DNA of 52,315 nucleotides from an uncultured Bacilli bacterium (GTDB lineage Bacteria; Bacillota_I; Bacilli_A; RF39; UBA660): NCBI GenBank assembly GCA_947629305.1, contig CANRDD010000002.1, positions 1 to 52,315 of the forward strand, read 5' to 3'. Shown piece by piece: positions 45,272 to 52,315 of this stretch (position 1 is its first letter; each line of letters starts with the position of its first letter). The notes under the pieces were generated by a model. It saw only the letters and a program-made list of their open reading frames with translations, ran no database searches and was not told where the DNA came from. The position numbers and the translations under genes were made by a program.

Positions 45272-45900
45272 CTCTTTTCTATCATATTAATATTTAATAA
45301 ATTATTTCCAATATATATATTATCATCTTTTATATATATAACAATATTATCTTTTTTATATATAATATAATTATTCTCTTCTTCTTTTGTAAAATTTTCT
45401 TCTAAATAAATATTAAAAGTATTTATATTTATTTTATTACTTTCTAATAATTCTAATAAATTATTTTTATTATTATCCTTTATTAACTGAATATCATTTA
45501 TTTTATAATAATAAATATTTAAATTATCACTATAATATTTATGAGCTAATTCTTGTTTATTATTTAAATTAAATTCTAAAGTAAATTCACAAGTTTTCTT
45601 AATATTTATTTTCTTTTCTAAATCTTTAATAAAGATATAACCTTTATTAAGAGCATCTTTTATACTTATTTTATCATTATTAGCAAATTCAATATAACTA
45701 TCAGGATCATAATGTTCAAAATAATAAGTTACATAATTAATCTCGGTTAAATATTCTAAAGGATTATTAATATTTTCATTATAATATATTTGATAATCCA
45801 TATCATAATAATTAATATTTTTATTATTTTTAAAATAGATATCAATGATAATTAGACCAATTAAAACAAAGCTAATAATGAAAAAAAGACGTTTTTTCAT
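45268..45900 (-). CDS. Hypothetical membrane-anchored protein embedded in the aaRS-gat operon
   Basis: Signal-anchor LFFIISFVLIGLIIIDIYF. TAATG overlap with the asnS stop and 4-nt overlap with the gatC start. N/Y/I-rich, no motif. Confidence 0.6.
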   Translation of the reverse strand: MKKRLFFIISFVLIGLIIIDIYFKNNKNINYYDMDYQIYYNENINNPLEYLTEINYVTYYFEHYDPDSYIEFANNDKISIKDALNKGYIFIKDLEKKINIKKTCEFTLEFNLNNKQELAHKYYSDNLNIYYYKINDIQLIKDNNKNNLLELLESNKININTFNIYLEENFTKEEENNYIIYKKDNIVIYIKDDNIYIGNNLLNINMIEKS

Positions 45901-47276
45901 TAATATTCACAATTACCTGGCGTTCTTGGAAAAGGAATAACATCCCGAATATTATCAACACCAGTTAAGTAAATAATTAATCTTTCAAAGCCCATGCCAA
46001 AGCCTGAGTGATAAGCGCCTCCAAATCTTCTTAAGTTGCAATACCATTTAACAGGGTCAAGATCAACATTTAATTCTTGGGCTCTTTTAATTAACTTATC
46101 ATAATCATCTTCTCTTTGGGATCCTCCCATTAGTTCTCCAGCCTCAGGTACTTCTAGGTCAACGGCCGCGACGGTCTTACCATCACTATTTAACTTCATA
46201 TACCAAGCTTTAATATCTTTAGGCCAATTTGTTATAAAAACAGGACCCGCAAAAAATTCTGTTAAATATCTTTCATGTTCTTTAGCAATATCTCCATCAT
46301 AAGTTGGCGTAAATTCCCAAGTAACGTCAGCTTTCTTTAAAATATCAATTGCTTCATGATGCGTAATTCTTTTAAATTCCGAATTAACTAAATCAGTTAA
46401 TTTTTTAATTAAACCATTTTGAACAAATTTATCACAAAATTCTAATTCTTCTCGGCAATTATCTAAACAATATTGGACAACAAACTTGAGCATTTCTTCT
46501 TCAATATCCATGAGCATATTTAAATCACAAAAAGCTATCTCTGGCTCAATCATCCAAAATTCATTGGCATGGGTTTTCGTATTAGAATTTTCTGTCCGAA
46601 AGGTAGGTCCAAACGTATATATTTTTTTATAAGCGAGTGCAAAAGCTTCCCCATGTAATTGCCCTGTTCCTGTGATAAAAGCCATTTTACCAAATAAATC
46701 TTTTTGCATATCTACTTTATTTTGATCATCTTTAGGTAAATTATTTAAATCTAAAGTTGTAACTTTAAACATTTGATCTGATCCTTCACAGTCCGCGGTG
46801 GTAAGTAAAGGTGTATGCACATATAAGTAATTATGACTTTGAAAATATTCATGAATTGCCATCGCAGCTTTACTCCGAATCCGAAAAACAGCTTGAAATA
46901 AATTAGTTCTTGGTCTTAAATAAGCTTGTTCTCTTAAAAATTCTTTTGTATGTCTTTTGGGTTGAATGGGAAAATCTTCAGGACATTCACCTAAAACCTT
47001 TATTTCTTGAGCCTTCATTTCAATTGCTTGCTTTCCGGCTGATTTTATTATTTTCCCCTTTACTTCAAGGGCAGAACCCACTAAAAGATGTTGGACATTT
47101 TTAAAATTAGGTAGAGCTTCATCATAAACAATTTGTAAATGTTCTTGACAAGTTCCATCAGAAAAATCAATAAAACCAAAAGTCTTTTGATCACGGTGAT
47201 TTCTTATCCACCCATTTAATGTTACATCCTTATCTAAATATTTATCTATATTTTTAAATAAATCAACTAAATCCAT
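45900..47276 (-). CDS. asnS: Asparagine--tRNA ligase
   Basis: Class IIb OB-fold N-terminus. Motif 2 region FRTENSNTKTHANEFWMIEPE is diagnostic for AsnRS. Motif 3 is GFGMGFERL. Confidence 0.93.
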   Translation of the reverse strand: MDLVDLFKNIDKYLDKDVTLNGWIRNHRDQKTFGFIDFSDGTCQEHLQIVYDEALPNFKNVQHLLVGSALEVKGKIIKSAGKQAIEMKAQEIKVLGECPEDFPIQPKRHTKEFLREQAYLRPRTNLFQAVFRIRSKAAMAIHEYFQSHNYLYVHTPLLTTADCEGSDQMFKVTTLDLNNLPKDDQNKVDMQKDLFGKMAFITGTGQLHGEAFALAYKKIYTFGPTFRTENSNTKTHANEFWMIEPEIAFCDLNMLMDIEEEMLKFVVQYCLDNCREELEFCDKFVQNGLIKKLTDLVNSEFKRITHHEAIDILKKADVTWEFTPTYDGDIAKEHERYLTEFFAGPVFITNWPKDIKAWYMKLNSDGKTVAAVDLEVPEAGELMGGSQREDDYDKLIKRAQELNVDLDPVKWYCNLRRFGGAYHSGFGMGFERLIIYLTGVDNIRDVIPFPRTPGNCEY

Positions 47277-47285
47277 TTTTTCCTC

Positions 47286-48539
47286 CTATATATTACTTAC
47301 TAAATAATCAATTAATTCTTTTTCATCTATTTTTACTTCTTCTTTCGTTGCATTATCTTTAACTGTAATTAAACCCTTATTTAAATCATCACTATTTAAG
47401 ATAACTAAAAAGTGAGCTTTTAAGCGATCAGCAACTTTAAACTGACTTTTTAAACTTAAATCAGCACTATTTATTTCACATACAACATTATTAAGTCTTA
47501 AATCTTGAGAAATAGTTAAAGCAAATCTTTTTTCTTCTTCATTTACACTCATAATATAAACATCAATTTCTTTTTCTATTTTTTTGTTTGCCAATATATC
47601 TTTAAGTTCCATGATTAACCGGTCAACACCAAGAGCAAAACCAACCGCGGGTAAACTTGGTCCATCTAAAGAAGAGACTAAAGAATTATATCTTCCTCCT
47701 CCCCCAAGAGCAATATTCTTATTTTCACTAACATATTCCCAAACATTATAATCATAATAATCTAAACCCCGAACTAAAGATTCATCTACTTCATAATCAA
47801 TATCAAGCATAACTAAATATTCTTGTAATTTTTTAAAACGTTCTTTACTATCACTTGATAAATAACTACTCATTTTAGGAACATTTTTAAAAATATCTAA
47901 ATCATGATCTACTTTACAGTCTAATATTCTTAAAGGATTTGTATTATATCTTTTTTGACAGTCTGGACATAATTCCTTTAAATGTGGAGCAAAATATTCT
48001 TTTAAAGCTTTTGTATAATTTTCTCTTGATTCTTTATCTCCTAAAGTATTTAATTTAACATAAAATTCTTCAATTCCTAGTTCTTTAATTAAATTATAAC
48101 CAAGTGAAATAACTTCGGCATCAATCATAGGATCAAAAGAATTAAATACTTCCACCCCGAGTTGGGTTAATTCTCTAAATCTTCCCATTTGGGGTCTTTC
48201 ATAACGATACATTGTTCCTAGATAATAATATTTTAAAACATCATTACGATTACCATATAATTTATTTTCAATAACACTTCTAACAACCCCCGCGGTACAT
48301 TCAGGTCTTAAAGTTATTTGTCTATTACCTCGGTCAAGAAAGTCATATGTTTCTTTTGTAACAATATCACTTGTTTCCCCGACTGAACGGTGAAATAACT
48401 GACTATCTTCGAAAATAGGTGTTCTAATAAATTCATAATTATAACTTTGCATAAATCGATCAGCATTACCTTCTATATATTTATAAAGAAGAGCATCATC
48501 ATTTAATAAATCATAAGTTCCTTTTGGTTTTATTATCAT
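47286..48539 (-). CDS. hisS: Histidine--tRNA ligase
   Basis: Class IIa motifs (RYERPQMGRFRELTQLGVE, GGGGRYNSL, GFALGVDRL) plus a C-terminal anticodon-binding domain. Confidence 0.95.
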   Translation of the reverse strand: MIIKPKGTYDLLNDDALLYKYIEGNADRFMQSYNYEFIRTPIFEDSQLFHRSVGETSDIVTKETYDFLDRGNRQITLRPECTAGVVRSVIENKLYGNRNDVLKYYYLGTMYRYERPQMGRFRELTQLGVEVFNSFDPMIDAEVISLGYNLIKELGIEEFYVKLNTLGDKESRENYTKALKEYFAPHLKELCPDCQKRYNTNPLRILDCKVDHDLDIFKNVPKMSSYLSSDSKERFKKLQEYLVMLDIDYEVDESLVRGLDYYDYNVWEYVSENKNIALGGGGRYNSLVSSLDGPSLPAVGFALGVDRLIMELKDILANKKIEKEIDVYIMSVNEEEKRFALTISQDLRLNNVVCEINSADLSLKSQFKVADRLKAHFLVILNSDDLNKGLITVKDNATKEEVKIDEKELIDYLVSNI

Positions 48540-50287
48540 TTTATTCCTCCTTTCTTAATGACTATATTTAAATCTTGTAATTGTTTATCATCAACATAAT
48601 TAGGGCATTCACTCATTAAACAATTAGCACTTGCTGTTTTTGGAAAAGCAATAACATCCCGAATATTTTCCGTATTAGTTAAAATCATAGTTAATCTGTC
48701 TAAACCAAGTGCTAAGCCTCCATGCGGTGGTGTTCCATATTTTAAAGCATCAACGAAGAAACCAAATTTTTCTTTTATTTGTTCATCAGTTAATTCTAAA
48801 GCTTCAAACATCTTCTTTTGGACATTTTCATCATGAATTCTAATTGATCCTCCTCCAGCTTCATAACCATTGATTACAATATCATAAGCTTTAGAATAGC
48901 AATGGGCTTTATCAGTTAAAAGTTTATCAACATCACTATCTTTAGGCATCGTAAATGGGTGATGCATGGCCATATATCTTTGTTCTTCTTCACTCCATTC
49001 AAAGGAAGGAAAATCAGTTACCCATAGTAATTTATAATCATCATCTTTAATTAAATTTAAATCTTTAGCTAATTTACATCTTAAAGCTCCTAAAGCTGTT
49101 TTAACAATTTTTTTATTTCCATTGATAATTAAAACTAAATCATTTTCTTTTAAATTTAATTTTTTTATAAGAGCTTCTTTTTCTTCTAAAGATAAATTCT
49201 TGGCAATTGAACCGGTTAATTCAGCTTCCATCTTTAAATAAATTAAACCACCAGCTCCATATGTTTTCACAAATTCTGTTAATTTATCTAATTCTTTCCG
49301 AGAATATTTATCTGCTACATCACTTGCAATGATAGCATTAATAATTCCCCCTTGATCAATATTATTTTTAATAAATTCAATATTTGTCTTTTGGAAAATA
49401 TCCGTGATATCATTAATCATCATCTTAAATCTTAAATCTGGTTTATCTGATCCATAATTATTAAAGGCATCATCCCATTTCATCTTTAATAAAGGTAATT
49501 TTATATCAATACCTTTTATTTCTTTAAAGACATGCGCAATTAACTTTTCTGTTATAGACATAACATCATCTTCATTTACAAAACTCATTTCTAAATCAAT
49601 TTGGGTAAATTCTGGTTGTCTGTCTGCCCTTAAATCTTCATCGCGAAAACACTTGGCAATTTGAAAATACCTTTCCATACCTCCAACCATTAATAATTGT
49701 TTAAATAACTGAGGTGACTGAGGTAAAGCATAAAACTTTCCTTTACTTATTCTTGATGGAACTAAATAATCTCTTGCCCCTTCTGGAGTTGATTTACATA
49801 AAATAGGTGTTTCAACTTCGACAAAGTTTTCTTGATCTAGAAAATTTCTAACCGCTAAGGTTATTTTATGTCTTGTTACTAATTTACTACTTAATTCTTC
49901 TCTTCTTAAATCTAAATAACGATATTTAAGTCTTGTATCTTCTAAAGAATTATTATTAGTTAAATCAAATGGTAAATCTAATGATTTATTTAATAATTCT
50001 AACTTTTCTACTTCAATTTCTATTTTTCCAGAAGGAATATTTAAATTAGCTTTTTCTCTTAAAACAACTTTCCCTTCAGCTTTAATAACATATTCATTTT
50101 TTAAACTATTAGCTAAAGCATAACAAGAACTATCTGGTCTAATAACTAATTGCACAATACCAGATCGATCTCTTAAATCAATAAATAATAAACCACCTAA
50201 GTCTCTTTTTCTAGCAACCCAACCATATACTTCAAGAACTTGGCCAGTCTTTTCTTCATTAATTGTTGCATTCATTATTTTTTTCAT
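48536..50287 (-). CDS. aspS: Aspartate--tRNA ligase
   Basis: OB-fold N-terminus, QSPQLFKQLLM, CFRDEDLRADRQPEFTQID, the bacterial GAD insertion, and GLALGLDRL. ATG 50287 follows AAGGATGG. ATGA overlap with hisS. Confidence 0.95.
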   Translation of the reverse strand: MKKIMNATINEEKTGQVLEVYGWVARKRDLGGLLFIDLRDRSGIVQLVIRPDSSCYALANSLKNEYVIKAEGKVVLREKANLNIPSGKIEIEVEKLELLNKSLDLPFDLTNNNSLEDTRLKYRYLDLRREELSSKLVTRHKITLAVRNFLDQENFVEVETPILCKSTPEGARDYLVPSRISKGKFYALPQSPQLFKQLLMVGGMERYFQIAKCFRDEDLRADRQPEFTQIDLEMSFVNEDDVMSITEKLIAHVFKEIKGIDIKLPLLKMKWDDAFNNYGSDKPDLRFKMMINDITDIFQKTNIEFIKNNIDQGGIINAIIASDVADKYSRKELDKLTEFVKTYGAGGLIYLKMEAELTGSIAKNLSLEEKEALIKKLNLKENDLVLIINGNKKIVKTALGALRCKLAKDLNLIKDDDYKLLWVTDFPSFEWSEEEQRYMAMHHPFTMPKDSDVDKLLTDKAHCYSKAYDIVINGYEAGGGSIRIHDENVQKKMFEALELTDEQIKEKFGFFVDALKYGTPPHGGLALGLDRLTMILTNTENIRDVIAFPKTASANCLMSECPNYVDDKQLQDLNIVIKKGGIK

Positions 50288-50296
50288 ATCTACCAT

Positions 50297-50519
50297 CCTT
50301 TTTTAATACATAAAAAATTCTACGATATAGGGACGAGATTAAAACCCGCGGTGCCACCCTACTTCATAGAATCTATGCAACTTTATTTCGTAACGTGAAA
50401 TACACGAATTATTTCTTATTTGACTTGTCTTCACAACTATAAATTAACTAATTTCCACCATGCATTAGTTCTCTATCTAATTTAATTAATTGTTACTTAT
50501 TTTCAAACAAATAATTTAT
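50297..50519 (-). promoter_or_regulatory. T-box leader (candidate Asp specifier GAC)
   Basis: On the minus strand the T-box sequence is AGGGUGGCACCGCG (50360-50347). The antiterminator is AGGG-[UGGCACC bulge]-GCG...CGU-CCCU. Stem III is CAUAG-AUU-CUAUG (50377-50365). An AGAGA element and a distal loop GCAUGGUGGAA are present. A purine-rich loop GAAGACAAG carries GAC-A (GAC = 50429-50427). Confidence 0.85.
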
Positions 50520-50525
50520 ACTATT

Positions 50526-50553
50526 ATTATACTTTAAATTTAAGTTTTGTCAA
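50526..50553 (-). promoter_or_regulatory. Promoter of the T-box leader/aspS operon
   Basis: On the minus strand: TTGACA (50553-50548), a 16-nt spacer, then TATAAT (50531-50526). Confidence 0.6.
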
Positions 50554-50682
50554 AGTAATTTAAGTTTAAAAAAGATAAAAATAATCCCTCATAGATAAAT
50601 TTTGAACATAATATAAGATGTTTTGGGCTAAATTCGTTCCAAATAGCTAAGTTTATGATACATTGTAGGTGGTTGATTGAAA

Positions 50683-50916
50683 ATGAATAGATTAAAAGAG
50701 ATTAGAGAAGACAAAGATTTATTACAAAAAGAAGTAGCTAATTTACTAAATATATCCCAAACAGGATATTCTAAATATGAAGTTGGAACAAATGATATAC
50801 CAACAGAAGCTTTAAGAACATTAGCTAAATATTATAATACATCAATTGATTATTTATTATGTTTAACTGATGAAAGAAAACCTTATCCTAAATCTATTTT
50901 AGATAAGACTAAATAA
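50683..50916 (+). CDS. XRE-family HTH transcriptional regulator (paralogue of 8900-9130)
   Basis: MNRLKEIREDKDLLQKEVANLLNISQTGYSKYEVG...SIDYLLCLTDERKPYPKSI. ATG 50683 aligns with the paralogue start. AGGTGG RBS. Confidence 0.85.
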   Translation: MNRLKEIREDKDLLQKEVANLLNISQTGYSKYEVGTNDIPTEALRTLAKYYNTSIDYLLCLTDERKPYPKSILDKTK

Positions 50917-50940
50917 CAAAGAATAACTTTGTTTTTTTTA

Positions 50941-51684
50941 TTATTTTTTTCGAACTAACATAAAGACATTATTATTTAATTTTTCGCTTGTTTTAGAATA
51001 ATTATTACTATTTAATTTATTACTTATATTATTTTCTATTTTTATTAATTCTTCCCAAAATTCATTTTGAACTTCCTCAGACATTTTCTTACCATCAAAT
51101 CTTAATTCATAAAGCATCCTAAAATATCTTAAACCAAGTTTATTTAATGCTTCACTTTCATTTAAAAAGGCATCATTATTATCAACACTATTTAATAGAC
51201 GAGAGATAGTAGCTACAAAATCATCGTTATTTTTGTTATTTTTCTCATAAGTTTTACCATTTATTTCACTAATTTCTTTTAAAGCTTCTTCTTTTCTATT
51301 TTGATCATCTACTATATTATTATAGTTATTTATTAATTCTTTCTTTAAATTTTTAAAACAAATTTCATTAAATTTATCCTCTAAAGTGGAAACTAATTTA
51401 TCAAGCCAATTAAATATTGGTTCTTTTAAAATACCTAAAGTAAGAATAGAACCAACAACACCTAATATAAGTAATAATAATTCACAAATAAGAACTATAA
51501 TAATAGTAAGTGAATAATTATATTTTATAAAATAATCATTAAAAAATTCATAATTATATTTTTTATAAGCATCAAAATAAGTTAACCAAAGTTCTAACTC
51601 TCCTTTAGTTAAATTTTCTTTTTCTTTTTGACAATATTTTTTTGCAATAGTATCCAATTTACTTACAATTTTTTCTTCTTTCAT
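50941..51684 (-). CDS. Hypothetical protein with central TM hairpin and coiled-coil-like tails
   Basis: AAGGGGGA RBS precedes ATG 51684 (MKEEKIV...). A hydrophobic segment IIIVLICELLLLILGVVGSILTLGIL is present. No enzymatic motif. Confidence 0.55.
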   Translation of the reverse strand: MKEEKIVSKLDTIAKKYCQKEKENLTKGELELWLTYFDAYKKYNYEFFNDYFIKYNYSLTIIIVLICELLLLILGVVGSILTLGILKEPIFNWLDKLVSTLEDKFNEICFKNLKKELINNYNNIVDDQNRKEEALKEISEINGKTYEKNNKNNDDFVATISRLLNSVDNNDAFLNESEALNKLGLRYFRMLYELRFDGKKMSEEVQNEFWEELIKIENNISNKLNSNNYSKTSEKLNNNVFMLVRKK

Positions 51685-51827
51685 TCTAATATCCCCCTTA
51701 ACGAATAGATAAATAATATCACTTTTTAATATTTTTGTCAAATTTATGTAAATCATATTATCTAGCTTCGATTTAATTCGTAAAATTTTACATTAAATTG
51801 TCATATTAAGTCTTTTTTCTCTTACTT

Positions 51828-52250
51828 TTATATTATTACTTTATTATTTTGATATTCTAAACATTTTTCTTCTAATAATTTAAAATCATTTGTTCTTTGA
51901 CTTATCTTGGAATGAGGATTATTGGTTTTTTCTGCATATAATTTTTGAGCTTTATGGGTTATAACTTTAGATAGTAAACGAATATAAACGATTTCCATAC
52001 TTAAAAAAGATATATACTTATATTCTTCATTTAAATTATCAAATTTACGATATTTTCTTAATTTAGTAAAATTTAATAATGTTATTTCATTATCATTTAC
52101 AGGAATCATATTATTTAAATTAAGAACTCCTAATAATTTTTGATTATTATCCTTTATATAAACAATATCTAAATTATTATTTTGTTTTATATATTTAGCT
52201 TTTGCACTAGTTATTGGGACATAATATTTAAAATTATTGTCTCTTATCAA
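51828..52250 (-). CDS. ToxN/AbiQ-family (type III toxin) homologue, N-terminally truncated
   Basis: KYYVPITSAK, LGVLNLNNMIPV..EITLL and NDFKLLEEKCLEY align with ToxN blocks KYLAPLTSPK, LGLINLKFMIPI..EVSLL and NFSLLEEKYRDF (from memory). The ORF opens at a TTG directly after an in-frame TAG (52253-52251), so about 35-40 N-terminal residues are missing. Confidence 0.7.
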   Translation of the reverse strand: MIRDNNFKYYVPITSAKAKYIKQNNNLDIVYIKDNNQKLLGVLNLNNMIPVNDNEITLLNFTKLRKYRKFDNLNEEYKYISFLSMEIVYIRLLSKVITHKAQKLYAEKTNNPHSKISQRTNDFKLLEEKCLEYQNNKVII

Positions 52251-52315
52251 CTAAAGTGCTGATGAAACTATTTAAAATCATTACCAAAAATATTTAAAAT
52301 ATCTATTGGCATTTC

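Noticed and set aside
1-52315. Mollicutes-type genetic code (TGA = Trp), suggested by the extreme AT content
   Set aside because: TGA terminates conserved genes at their expected ends (trxA, trmK, gpsA, fic), Trp is encoded by TGG, and long ORFs are not interrupted. Translation table 11 fits.
52251-52315. Type III antitoxin RNA repeats upstream of the ToxN-like ORF
   Set aside because: Only 65 nt are available. The single 10-nt duplication (ATTTTAAATA, 22 nt apart) is expected by chance in this AT-rich DNA. This cannot be called without sequence beyond the window.

Overview
Very AT-rich chromosomal segment (roughly 25-30% GC by eye, not computed) from a low-GC Bacillota-type bacterium. It uses the standard genetic code: TGA ends conserved genes and Trp is TGG. 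The backbone is housekeeping with Bacillus-like micro-synteny. In order: the 3' end of tRNA-Leu, comEA-comEC-holA, rnhC/cvpA, trxA, uvrC, dnaG-sigA-trmK, a pilC/pilD-like pair, mnmA, a PAP2 phosphatase, zupT, a xerD-like recombinase, rarA-gpsA, and tcdA preceded by a promoter-to-terminator structured RNA that I interpret as 6S RNA. A T-box leader (Asp-type) heads a translationally coupled ~8.2 kb operon, aspS-hisS-asnS-orf-gatCAB. Accessory content: (i) a three-gene minus-strand cassette at 35.3-38.8 kb, wedged between gpsA and 6S/tcdA next to a 5'-truncated XRE gene relic. It encodes a CobS/MoxR-like AAA+ ATPase with a large unassignable N-terminal region, a 292-aa partner, and a Fic protein with a degenerate active site. 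This is my best candidate for an undescribed conflict/defence-type system. (ii) A 2433-aa surface protein combining a cohesin-like domain, a membrane hairpin, two dockerin-like Ca loops, many Ig-like repeats, GLUG repeats and an M26-type HExxH protease. (iii) A window-edge locus with an XRE regulator, a membrane protein and an N-terminally truncated ToxN/AbiQ-like toxin. (iv) An XRE-controlled consensus promoter with palindromic operators driving a Cys-containing exported protein. (v) An orphan rnfC/rnfD-like pair. (vi) A 545-bp ORF-poor convergent spacer with tandem palindromes. All calls rest on reading the sequence and translations and on remembered family motifs. No searches or folding programs were run.
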